Below the pieces are notes generated by a model that saw only the letters and a program-made list of their open reading frames with translations, was not told where the DNA came from and did no database searches. This document shows, piece after piece, positions 7,570 through 15,274 of a DNA stretch of 24,000 bases; within the stretch, counting starts at the first letter, position 1, and each line of letters opens with the position of its first letter. The DNA comes from Candidatus Caldarchaeum sp. (GTDB taxonomy: Archaea; Thermoproteota; Nitrososphaeria_A; Caldarchaeales; Caldarchaeaceae), in the NCBI GenBank assembly GCA_033580815.1, contig JAVQUC010000010.1:1-24000 (forward strand). Reading direction: 5' to 3'. Position numbers and translations under genes: made by a program.

Positions 7570-7676
7570 GGGCCCGTGGCGCAGAATGGATAGCGCACCG
7601 GCCTTCTAAGTCGGGGGTCGTGAGCACTGAGGGCTGAAGGCCCCGTGCCGATAGGGTTCAAGTCCCACCGGGCCCG
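7570..7676 (+). tRNA. tRNA-Arg (anticodon TCT) interrupted by a 32-nt intron in the T stem
   Basis: Exon 1 (7570-7622) holds the acceptor GGGCCCG, D arm GCGC-AGAATGGATA-GCGC, anticodon arm CCGGC-CTTCTAA-GTCGG, variable loop GGGTC, and the T-stem start GTG. Exon 2 (7655-7676) is GG-TTCAAGT-CCCAC-CGGGCCC-G. Joined, the exons give a 75-nt cloverleaf whose T arm and acceptor are identical to tRNA-Arg(GCG) at 1538-1612. Confidence 0.8.
7623..7654 (+). other. Non-canonical tRNA intron with a relaxed bulge-helix-bulge (HBh') structure
   Basis: The central 4-bp helix pairs 7617-7620 (GTCG) with 7649-7652 (CGAT). The 3-nt bulges are 7621-7623 and 7653-7655. The inner helix pairs 7624-7627 (GCAC) with 7645-7648 (GTGC), followed by the hairpin GGGC-tgaag-GCCC. 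Cutting after the second bulge nucleotide on both sides restores the T stem GTGGG exactly. Confidence 0.65.
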
Positions 7677-7678
7677 TT

Positions 7679-8086
7679 CTAAATATACCCGACTACGCCG
7701 AGTGTTGGATATTTGTTTAGAAATTCGGCGACCAAAGGCTTGTAAGTGTAGTAGACGTTATCGGCTTTCGGAAGTTCCCTTAACTCCATCAGAATGCGGA
7801 AGGCTTCAGGCTCCGTCCCTCTCGCCTTGATCACATATACGTGATCGCCGAATGAAAGGTTTTTGGAAAACACGATTGGCAGGTAGAGGTTTTCTAACAC
7901 CTCATGGGGGAGAACCTTTTGGACTGCCAAGAGCTCAGCTTTATCGAAGTAGTGTCTGTCGCCGCCGACGGTTTCGACGAAAGGCGTTTCCATTTCCAAA
8001 AGCTTCCCGATCCTCTCCGGTTTCTTTGGCAATACGTCGTTTATCCTCTTGAGAGTCTGCGAAAGCCATTCGTCGACAAAAGACAT
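7679..8086 (-). CDS. Conserved archaeal protein, UPF0216/DUF61-like
   Basis: 135 aa. The pattern INDVLPKKPERIGKLLEMETPFVETVGGDRHYFDKAELLAVQKVLPHEVLENLYLPIVF resembles the DUF61 family as I remember it. This was not verified by a search. Confidence 0.45.
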   Translation of the reverse strand: MSFVDEWLSQTLKRINDVLPKKPERIGKLLEMETPFVETVGGDRHYFDKAELLAVQKVLPHEVLENLYLPIVFSKNLSFGDHVYVIKARGTEPEAFRILMELRELPKADNVYYTYKPLVAEFLNKYPTLGVVGYI

Positions 8087-8132
8087 CCTGATAAATTTAC
8101 CAGAGAGACGGTTTTAAAGATAAACCTTGGTC

Positions 8133-8444
8133 ATGGAGGTCGAGTTAAACCAGTCAATAATCACGAGCCTGATATGGTTTTTCATTGGGTTTGGCGCTGG
8201 GCTGGCTTTGCTTAGATTCTGGAAAATCATCGCAATTACTGTTGCGGTGGCTGTTCTCCTCCCGATTATCATCAACTTGGTGGGATTGGTGTCGCCAATA
8301 TCTTCAGAGCAAGTCGTTCAAGCCTTGTTTCAAGGAATCAACCTTTTCGCGAACATCCTGAGCGCAAACCCCTATTCCGCATTAGGGTTCATCTTGGGAT
8401 TGGTCATTGGCGTCATAATCTTCATACTGCGAATCCGAGGCTAG
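8133..8444 (+). CDS. Small hypothetical membrane protein (about 3 TM)
   Basis: About 103 aa with three hydrophobic helices. An ATG at 8133 follows the TTG at 8127. I recognise no family. Confidence 0.55.
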   Translation: MEVELNQSIITSLIWFFIGFGAGLALLRFWKIIAITVAVAVLLPIIINLVGLVSPISSEQVVQALFQGINLFANILSANPYSALGFILGLVIGVIIFILRIRG

Positions 8445-8481
8445 CACAAAACTATAAAACAACTTAAACTTTTTGACAATT

Positions 8482-8868
8482 ATGTTCAAAGAAATAATAT
8501 TCACCGAAAAAGCTCCCAAACCAATTGGCCCGTATTCGCAGGCTGTACGAGTCGGCGACTTGCTTTTCTTGTCAGGGATGCTAGCGATAAACCCTGCGAC
8601 CGGCAAAGTCGAGGGTACAGACGTTAAGGCACAGACGAGAAGGGCGTTAGAAAACGCCAAAGCTATCCTCGAATCCGCCGGCTTCGATTTGAAGGACGTG
8701 GTCAAGGCGACGGTTTACCTCGCGAAACCTGAGGATTATGAGGGTATGAACGAAGTTTACCGAGAATATTTCCCGGAAAAACAGCCGGCGAGAACGACGG
8801 TATCGGTTCACTTTCCTTTGAAAGAAATTCTGGTCGAAATAGATTTCATCGCTTGGAAACGGGCTTGA
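8482..8868 (+). CDS. ridA: RidA (YjgF/YER057c/UK114) family reactive enamine/imine deaminase
   Basis: The family signature runs throughout: APKPIGPYSQAVRVGDLLFLSGMLAINPATGK...TRRALENAKAILESAG...VVKATVYL...MNEVYREYF...PARTTV. The ATG at 8482 lies inside the track ORF that starts at TTG 8473. Confidence 0.9.
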   Translation: MFKEIIFTEKAPKPIGPYSQAVRVGDLLFLSGMLAINPATGKVEGTDVKAQTRRALENAKAILESAGFDLKDVVKATVYLAKPEDYEGMNEVYREYFPEKQPARTTVSVHFPLKEILVEIDFIAWKRA

Positions 8869-10969
8869 ACTCGAGGACTTCGAGAGGATGGAAAACGGGC
8901 TTGCCAGACCCGTCGCCAATATGGATGCTGCAGACACTGCTTGTTGACACGACGTAGTCGCATCCGCTGTTTATCAGCAGTTGGAAGAGTGGTTCCCCGA
9001 CAGCGTTTGAAAGTTCATAGCCCATTATCCCATGTTTCATCCCGAAGGTCCCGGCCATGCCGCAGCATGTTCCGGTTTCCACGAAGACCGCGTCCACACC
9101 AGCCGTCGTCAATAGTTCATGAACATTACGGCATGCGTCGAAAGCTCTTTCATGACATGGAATGTGGACAGCTGCTTTCCCTTTGATGAGTGGTTTGACT
9201 TCGAGTTTCTTCTCAGAGACCAAATTGAGCAGTAGCTCGTAGACTGAAGTTGTTGCGGCAGCTACTCTTTCAGCTTCAACGATGTCGGGTAACAGTTTTG
9301 GGTAAACATGTTTGAGAGCATATGTAGCCGTTGGCTCGATTGAAACTAACCTATTCTTTCCATCTAAGTACTTCGCGAGGTTTTTGACGTTGTATTCAGC
9401 CGTCCGTCTCGCTTTGTCGAGGTCTCCATAAGCAACGTATGGATAACCGCTCGACCGCTGCGGCGGAAAAGCAACGGACAAGCCTACGCTTTCTAGTGCT
9501 TCAACTACTTTGATTCCGAGGTCTGGCCTGATGTAACGGGCGTAGAAATCTAAAAAGAGAACAACCTCGGCCGTTTCTCTCCTATTCTTGAACAGTTTGT
9601 CGAACGGCTTAGCGGCTACTTTCGGAAGTTTTCGCCTCGGTTCTATGCCCAGAAAAGTCCTCATTAAACTTCGCATTTTCTTCGATTCTATCAGGGCGTT
9701 GAAAAGGGATGGAAAACGGGAGCCTATGCTGTAGGCTCGTTCGTAGTTTTCGACAACCTTGTTGACAAAAAGTTGTCCTCCCATCTTGATGTGTCGGTAC
9801 TTGACTTCTGCTATCATCATCGGCATGTCTATTATGGCTGGGCAGATCTCTTTGCATAAACCGCATGAAATACAGAGCGGCGCGAATTCCGCTGCCTTGT
9901 CGAGCCCGTGGACGAATGCTGTCCATGGTATACCGATGGGCCCTGTGTATATGTGGCCGAAAACGTGCCCTCCAACCGTGGCGAATGTCGGACATATGTT
10001 CATGCATGCCCCGCATCTAATGCAGTAGAGGGCTTCGCGGAAGAATTGGTCTTTGCTCATCTTCGACCTCCCGTTGTCGATGATTAAAACAATCATTTCT
10101 CTGTCTTGGTTTTCGCCGAGAGGGTTACGACCGCTGATGAAGGAAACGTATGTCGTCAGTGTTTGACCTGTTGAGCTGATGGGATGGGCGAGTATAAGCT
10201 TTATAGCATCTTCGACCGTAGCTACGATTTTTTCGAAACCCATCACCGCTATGTAGGTTGATGGAGGGATGTTGCCCAGCCGGTCATTACCTTCGTTTGT
10301 TTCGACCACGATTGTCCCGGTTTCGGCGATGGCAATGTTTACTCCCGTTATTCCGATGTCAGCTGAGAGGAAGACCTCGCGCAAGTATTGTCTTGCGAAC
10401 ATCATCAATTCAGCAATATCATCGCCTATTCTTCTCCCGGCGGCCTTAGAAAATATTTCAGCAACGTCATGACGGGTTTTGTGAACGGCTGGATATACTA
10501 GATGGAAAGGCTTTTCGCCGGCGAGCTGGATAATTAACTCTCCTAAATCCGTTTCAACAATTCTCAATCCTCTTTTTTCGAGATAGTTGTTTAGCTCGAT
10601 TTCCTCAGTTGTCATAGATTTGCTTTTCGAAAGGAGCTTCGCCTTTTTCTCGACTGCGATTCGATAGATAGTTTCACAAGCTTCTTCGGCGTCTTTGGCC
10701 AGATAAACCTTGACACCCCTTTTTTCGCAGTTCGTGATAAAGCGCTGAAGTAGGTCGTCAATGTTTTCGATAGCTTTTTCTTTAATCTCCCTAACATCGT
10801 GGCGGAATTTCTCAAAATCCGGCATCATCTCGGAAATGGTTTGTTTCCTTTTCTGAAGGGTTCGGAAGAGAGCGTCTCTCAGATAGTTTCTCCATTCGGT
10901 CTTTGGCAGGACTGCCGCTACTTTCTCCGACAGCTCGAGGTATATTTGATGGGCTTTTTTCACAGCCAT
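8846..10969 (-). CDS. lutB: Fused LutB-LutA type lactate-utilisation iron-sulfur protein (LUD domain + 2x[4Fe-4S] ferredoxin + C-terminal CCG cysteine-rich domains)
   Basis: 707 aa. The N-terminal LutB-like region reads SKSKSMTTEEIELNNYLEKRGLRIVETDLGELIIQLAGEKPFHLVYPAVHK. It has two CxxCxxCxxxCP motifs (CIRCGACMNICP, CISCGLCKEICP). The C-terminal LutA/GlcF/HdrD-like part carries HIPCHERAF and GTCCGMAGTFG. Confidence 0.85.
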   Translation of the reverse strand: MAVKKAHQIYLELSEKVAAVLPKTEWRNYLRDALFRTLQKRKQTISEMMPDFEKFRHDVREIKEKAIENIDDLLQRFITNCEKRGVKVYLAKDAEEACETIYRIAVEKKAKLLSKSKSMTTEEIELNNYLEKRGLRIVETDLGELIIQLAGEKPFHLVYPAVHKTRHDVAEIFSKAAGRRIGDDIAELMMFARQYLREVFLSADIGITGVNIAIAETGTIVVETNEGNDRLGNIPPSTYIAVMGFEKIVATVEDAIKLILAHPISSTGQTLTTYVSFISGRNPLGENQDREMIVLIIDNGRSKMSKDQFFREALYCIRCGACMNICPTFATVGGHVFGHIYTGPIGIPWTAFVHGLDKAAEFAPLCISCGLCKEICPAIIDMPMMIAEVKYRHIKMGGQLFVNKVVENYERAYSIGSRFPSLFNALIESKKMRSLMRTFLGIEPRRKLPKVAAKPFDKLFKNRRETAEVVLFLDFYARYIRPDLGIKVVEALESVGLSVAFPPQRSSGYPYVAYGDLDKARRTAEYNVKNLAKYLDGKNRLVSIEPTATYALKHVYPKLLPDIVEAERVAAATTSVYELLLNLVSEKKLEVKPLIKGKAAVHIPCHERAFDACRNVHELLTTAGVDAVFVETGTCCGMAGTFGMKHGIMGYELSNAVGEPLFQLLINSGCDYVVSTSSVCSIHIGDGSGKPVFHPLEVLEFKPVSKR

Positions 10970-11574
10970 GTTAGGGCCACCGAAAGAACAGCGTGAGGAC
11001 CGTGAATACCCATGACTAGCCTTTGCTCGATGTCGCCGGACCTGCTCGGTCCAGAGATGAGCGTTACCGTGGATGTTCTCCGCTCAGTAGCTCGTCGAAT
11101 GACTTCAGCCACATCATGAACAGAACGCAAAACTGTTGTCTTTTTCAAAAAGCTCACGTATGTTTTGGGCAGGCTGGACAAAAGTCTCTCGAGGTCGTCG
11201 AATGCAACTTCAACCAAGCTGCCGGTCTCTGCTACAGCGCAAGCCGCCGTCGAAACGCCGGCGTCCACTGTTTTGATAATCTTGGTTGGATCGGGCGCAG
11301 AATCTTTTGTGAATATACTCACATCCGCTCTACGTAGTTCCTTTGTTAAAAAGGGCTCGAGCTCGGAGGGTATGTTTGAAAGAAAAACGGACTGAACCCG
11401 GTGTCTGCTTAGGAAATCTGCAACCAGTCGGGCGGCTTCATCAGGGTCGTGGGCGGACGCGAAACTGCCACCCAGCGATTCAAACCTAAACTTGAAAACT
11501 TCTAACAGGTCAGACAACATGAAACAGCCTCCACTCACAATATGGAACAGATGTTTCATTTTTAGTTTTTCCAC
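10960..11574 (-). CDS. lutC: LutC-like LUD-domain protein (lactate utilisation protein C family)
   Basis: 204 aa with a size and layout typical of LutC/DUF162. It overlaps the lutB-lutA fusion start by 10 nt. The start is ambiguous: GTG 11574, ATG 11559 or ATG 11520. Confidence 0.65.
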   Translation of the reverse strand: MEKLKMKHLFHIVSGGCFMLSDLLEVFKFRFESLGGSFASAHDPDEAARLVADFLSRHRVQSVFLSNIPSELEPFLTKELRRADVSIFTKDSAPDPTKIIKTVDAGVSTAACAVAETGSLVEVAFDDLERLLSSLPKTYVSFLKKTTVLRSVHDVAEVIRRATERRTSTVTLISGPSRSGDIEQRLVMGIHGPHAVLSVALTWL

Positions 11575-11651
11575 TCAAATAAACTTTGTCATGGTCTCCA
11601 TCTTAGTAGATTCCGGTGGATGCTTAAATCCGTGTCGTGCATCCGAAGTTC

Positions 11652-12017
11652 ATGAAATACAGGCTGATGGACATCCTCGCTTGTCCGATGTGCAGGAAGT
11701 TTCCTTTGAAGCTCTCAGTTTTCGAAAGGCGGGAAATCAGCGCACCGCCCAACATCAGACAATGCGATATCTTCTGCGGATACCATGATGGGTTCGTCAA
11801 GGACCTGCCTAAGACTGAATGCGTTAGATGCTACGGCTTAGAAATAACTACCGGTTTAGTCGAATGCAGTTCTTGTGGTAGATGGTATCCGGTTGTAGAA
11901 GACATTCCGCGCATGCTGCCTGACGACTTGCGAGACGCAAAGCTCGACAAGTCCTTCGTCGAACAATGGCAGCAGGTTCTCCCCAAACATGTCGTCGACA
12001 GCGTCAAGCGCGAGTAG
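11652..12017 (+). CDS. Trm112-like zinc-ribbon protein, long form with a Cys-rich central insertion
   Basis: The Trm112 signature MKYRLMDILACPMCR is at the N-terminus and CSSCGRWYPVVEDIPRMLPDD follows later. The two are separated by about 45 aa containing the further Cys pairs QCDIFCG and ECVRCYG. The track ORF begins at GTG 11637. Confidence 0.7.
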   Translation: MKYRLMDILACPMCRKFPLKLSVFERREISAPPNIRQCDIFCGYHDGFVKDLPKTECVRCYGLEITTGLVECSSCGRWYPVVEDIPRMLPDDLRDAKLDKSFVEQWQQVLPKHVVDSVKRE

Positions 12018-13458
12018 CCGCCTCCAAACCCAGCTTCTCAGCCCTCGTCCATTTAGGCTTCCGCCTCAAAATCAAGATGTCTATTATTGCCTTGAAAGCG
12101 ATCAAGTCCAGTAGATGTTTGTAGCCGACAACGGCAAACGGTGCGTAAACAACGAGGCGGACGTCTTCCCCTTCCATGTCCAAAGCAGTCATGGAGATTA
12201 GTAGCTGGAGTAAGGAAAAGGCGGCGAAAAGCTTTAGAACGTACCAAAGTCCACCGTAGAGAATTATCAGCACTGCGGCTGGAATGGCCGCCACACCGAG
12301 AACCGGTATGACGACCTGCTGCACAACCATCAACGGGAAAATCAGATAGGTGAGGAACCCGTACCTAGAAACTCTAAAAGCATCTGAATGCCTTAGGAGC
12401 ACTTGTATGTTTCCCCGGTACCATCGGAGACGCTGACGGTAAAGGCTCGATAGCTTGGAAGGGGCCTCCGTGTATGCGAAAGCGCCCGGTGGTGACTGGA
12501 TAACGCCTCCGGTTTTCAACAGTTTGACAGTGAGGTCGAAATCCTCTGTCAGCGTGACTCTGTCGTATTTTCCGACTGCGACCGCCTCTTTCCTTCTGAA
12601 GGCAGCGAGCGGCCCCGGCATAACCTGGACGACGCCGTAGTATGAAGTTGCCCTTCGCACGATGTTTAGCTGAGTAACATATTCGAGCGCCTGGTTTTTT
12701 GTCAGCCAATTTACAGGGTTCACAACCTTGACGTTGCCGGCGACCCCAACGACTTTTGGATCCTTGAAAGGAGCCAGAAGGTGTTTGAAGGTGTCGCGAG
12801 TTACGATGCTGTCGGCGTCGACGACCACTATTATCTCCCCGGTCGCGAACAACATCCCAAAATTTAGCGCCGAAGCCTTACCTCCATTGGGTTTGCGCAA
12901 AACCATCACACCATGCTTGACGTATCTGCTCGCGACGTCGTAGGTACCGTCGGTGCTGCCGTCGTCGACGACGATGATCTCCTTGCTAGGGTATTCTGCT
13001 TCTAAAAGCGCTTCGATACAATGGCCTATCCATTTCTCCTCATTGTAGGCCGGAACTATCACGCTTACCGGCGCAACAAAGTATTCCTTCTCCATCTTTT
13101 TCTCCTCCCGCCTGTAAAACGCTAACGAGAGCGGAAGGAATAACATGTTTGAAAGGAAGAGAACTGTGAAGCTCGAAATCATGATGGGCCTATACCATTC
13201 CCTGTAGAAGTTAAACTCCTCGACGAACACTAGTAGCGAAGTTAGTATCGGTACGACTACAATAAGAAAACCAATTAAGGTCTTTTTTTCACTTTGGTTT
13301 GGTTTTCGCGTCGCAAACAGACCGTACACAAAGTAGGCGAGACATAACAGAGCCGAGGCGATGAAGGCGTAGACAGCAGTTATGCTTCCGACCACAAAGG
13401 GGATAAGGGCAATGGTTGCGAAAGCGGTGCTCACCGAAATTATGATGGTTGTTCTCAA
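12004..13458 (-). CDS. Family 2 glycosyltransferase with flanking TM domains (processive beta-glycan synthase-like, PgaC/NodC/cellulose-synthase type)
   Basis: 484 aa. The GT2 motifs are [30 protein letters not shown] and a QxxRW motif (QRLRWYRGN). About 3-4 TM helices lie N-terminal and about 4 C-terminal. It starts with TTG. Confidence 0.85.
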   Translation of the reverse strand: MRTTIIISVSTAFATIALIPFVVGSITAVYAFIASALLCLAYFVYGLFATRKPNQSEKKTLIGFLIVVVPILTSLLVFVEEFNFYREWYRPIMISSFTVLFLSNMLFLPLSLAFYRREEKKMEKEYFVAPVSVIVPAYNEEKWIGHCIEALLEAEYPSKEIIVVDDGSTDGTYDVASRYVKHGVMVLRKPNGGKASALNFGMLFATGEIIVVVDADSIVTRDTFKHLLAPFKDPKVVGVAGNVKVVNPVNWLTKNQALEYVTQLNIVRRATSYYGVVQVMPGPLAAFRRKEAVAVGKYDRVTLTEDFDLTVKLLKTGGVIQSPPGAFAYTEAPSKLSSLYRQRLRWYRGNIQVLLRHSDAFRVSRYGFLTYLIFPLMVVQQVVIPVLGVAAIPAAVLIILYGGLWYVLKLFAAFSLLQLLISMTALDMEGEDVRLVVYAPFAVVGYKHLLDLIAFKAIIDILILRRKPKWTRAEKLGLEAATRA

Positions 13459-13495
13459 ACTGCCTATGCAGTAAATGTTTCGTGGATTATTTAAG

Positions 13496-13570
13496 GGCCG
13501 AGGGCGAGATTCGAACTCGCGCCGCAGGGTCCACAGCCCTGAGGGCTAACCAGGCTACCCCACCTCGGCC
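13496..13570 (-). tRNA. tRNA-His (anticodon GTG) with genome-encoded G-1
   Basis: Hand-folded on the minus strand. An extra 5' G sits opposite the discriminator C. The acceptor is GCCGAGG/CCTCGGC, the D arm GGGT-AGCCTGGTTA-GCCC, the anticodon arm CAGGG-CTGTGGA-CCCTG and the T arm GCGAG-TTCGAAT-CTCGC. Confidence 0.9.
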
Positions 13571-13581
13571 ATGTAGCCAAA

Positions 13582-14352
13582 TCAGTTTGATGATTGCTCG
13601 ATTCTTAAATTTTTGTCCGAGAGGGCTTGCTTGAGGAACAAAAGAATGGCTTGGAGGTCTTCGTAGGATGTTCTTTTGACGCGTGTTTCCAAGAGCCTGT
13701 CTGATAGAGGGGAAAGCTCTACGGCTTTTGTCGCGGTTCTCTTGGTTCCGTAGGTCCACAAAACGTTTCTCAAGGCGTTTCTGGTTTTGCTGGTGCTTTG
13801 ACGAAGAAAATCGATCATAGCTTCTTGCAGCGGTGTTTTTTCCGTCGGCCGAAGTAGGATATGGGCTAGCTTGCCTGGGTACGGTGGTTGGCAGATGTTC
13901 CCATCAAAAAATTCAACCACCTCGGGTTTGTAGGCCAAAGATGCCTTGAGACCTATGGCGGTTTTTGTAGTTACGATGTTCTCAGCGAATTTTTTAGGCG
14001 TCAAGAGCGACATCGGAACGGGTTTTCTTAGATGTCTCATCAGGATTGGTTCGAGGAGGCTGAAGGGTGGGTTTGAAATGATTTTCGTATAGGGTGGAAG
14101 CCTAGTTTTGAGTATGTCGGCGACTATTATTCTTACGTTTCTCAACTCTGCTGTCGCGTTTCTCAGTAATGGCACGAGGGTGGCGTCATTTTCGACGGCG
14201 TAAACCAGCTTCGCCGCTTTCGCTGCCTCAACCGTCAAAGCTCCAACTCCCGCTCCGATGTCCAGCACGATATCGGAAGCGCTGACTTCAGCCCTGTCGA
14301 CTATTTTCCTGACAACGGACTCGTCTGTCAGGAAATGCTGGTCCCGAGCCAA
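13582..14352 (-). CDS. ksgA: rRNA small-subunit adenine N6-dimethyltransferase (KsgA/Dim1 family)
   Basis: The sequence shows QHFLTDESVVRKIV...DIVLDIGAGVGALT...VYAVENDATLVPLL...NVRIIVADILK...KIISNPPFSLLEPIL. The C-terminal part is weaker but collinear (FLRQSTSKTRNALRNVL). It starts with TTG, 1 nt after the upstream gene's stop. Confidence 0.75.
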   Translation of the reverse strand: MARDQHFLTDESVVRKIVDRAEVSASDIVLDIGAGVGALTVEAAKAAKLVYAVENDATLVPLLRNATAELRNVRIIVADILKTRLPPYTKIISNPPFSLLEPILMRHLRKPVPMSLLTPKKFAENIVTTKTAIGLKASLAYKPEVVEFFDGNICQPPYPGKLAHILLRPTEKTPLQEAMIDFLRQSTSKTRNALRNVLWTYGTKRTATKAVELSPLSDRLLETRVKRTSYEDLQAILLFLKQALSDKNLRIEQSSN

Positions 14353-14353
14353 T

Positions 14354-14671
14354 TTAATCCGGCCAGCTCCAAGTCTTGTACAGGAGGAAGCTGTCGCCCC
14401 TTCTGAAGAACCTGTGTTTGACCGTGTTCCAGTCGACGGTTTCTGGTGGAAGGTCTTGCTGTTTTTCTTCTGCGGGTATTATGCGAAAGCCTACGACGTC
14501 TCCCAGTGAAGAGCCCATGGGTTTTTGTGATTTTTCGATGTTGTTAATGACTGCAGTGGCTCCGAGGTTGAGGGCCTGCTCGAATGTTTCGACGACCCCC
14601 GTGTGGGGAAGCACTTTTGATAAGCTATCCCAGCCAAGTCCCTGCCTGAAAACCAGCACCTTCCACGGCAT
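14354..14671 (-). CDS. Hypothetical protein (105 aa), no recognisable family
   Basis: The amino-acid composition is balanced and the gene is tightly coupled to ksgA. The antisense + strand ORF (14376..14768) is Ser/Cys/Thr-rich and looks spurious. Confidence 0.55.
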   Translation of the reverse strand: MPWKVLVFRQGLGWDSLSKVLPHTGVVETFEQALNLGATAVINNIEKSQKPMGSSLGDVVGFRIIPAEEKQQDLPPETVDWNTVKHRFFRRGDSFLLYKTWSWPD

Positions 14672-14731
14672 GACGGTTACACACGTCGTGGGTGAAATTT
14701 ATAGAAATGTCCATAGCAATCTTTGGCAGAG

Positions 14732-15274
14732 ATGCTGCGCGTCAACCGAACTGAGCTTGTGTGTTTGAAAGGGGACATTACGGAAGTTGACGCTGAGGCA
14801 ATAGTGAACGCCGCTAATCAATACCTTAAGATGGGAGGAGGTGTTGCGGGAGCGATTCTAAGGAAAGGCGGCCCCTCGATTCAGGAGGAATGCGACCGAA
14901 TAGGATACTGTCCCGTCGGTGGAGCCGTCATCACCGGAGCCGGCCGTCTAAAGGCAAAATACGTTATACACGCCGTTGGGCCGCGGATGGGTGAAGGAAA
15001 CGAAGAGCGGAAGCTTCGCGACGCCGTCATCAACAGCTTAAAACTCGCGGATATCCACGGAGTAAAAACTATCGCCTTCCCGGCGATATCAACGGGTGCC
15101 TTCGGATACCCGGTCGAAGAAGCTGCCCGAGTGATCATAACGGCCGCGATCGACTACGTGATGCGGGAAAACACGTCGCTTACGAAAATCCTTTTCGTGC
15201 TCTACGACGAAAAAAGTTACGATGTCTTCAAGAGGGTTCTCGAGGCTTCCCCCAACCCGAATACTCGGGCATAG
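14732..15274 (+). CDS. Macro domain protein (ADP-ribose / O-acetyl-ADP-ribose binding or deacetylase, Af1521/YmdB type)
   Basis: The sequence shows [34 protein letters not shown]...[19 protein letters not shown]...[14 protein letters not shown]. The track ORF begins at TTG 14723. Confidence 0.9.
   Translation: MLRVNRTELVCLKGDITEVDAEAIVNAANQYLKMGGGVAGAILRKGGPSIQEECDRIGYCPVGGAVITGAGRLKAKYVIHAVGPRMGEGNEERKLRDAVINSLKLADIHGVKTIAFPAISTGAFGYPVEEAARVIITAAIDYVMRENTSLTKILFVLYDEKSYDVFKRVLEASPNPNTRA

Noticed and set aside
7434-7830. Two + strand ORFs (7434..7637 and 7645..7830) spanning the tRNA-Arg(TCT) locus
   Set aside because: They read through the end of the radical SAM gene, the tRNA exons and intron, and the antisense of the DUF61-like gene. 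The tRNA and the minus-strand CDS account for the region.
12053-12943. Antisense or off-frame ORFs within the GT2 gene (12053..12247, 12374..12709, 12455..12640, 12728..12943)
   Set aside because: The GT2 frame carries all the catalytic motifs. The alternatives are Arg/Pro/Gly-rich shadow ORFs.
14376-14768. 130-aa + strand ORF antisense to the 105-aa gene and running into the macro-domain gene start
   Set aside because: Its Ser/Cys/Thr-rich composition is not protein-like. The minus-strand ORF is stop-start coupled to ksgA and has balanced composition.
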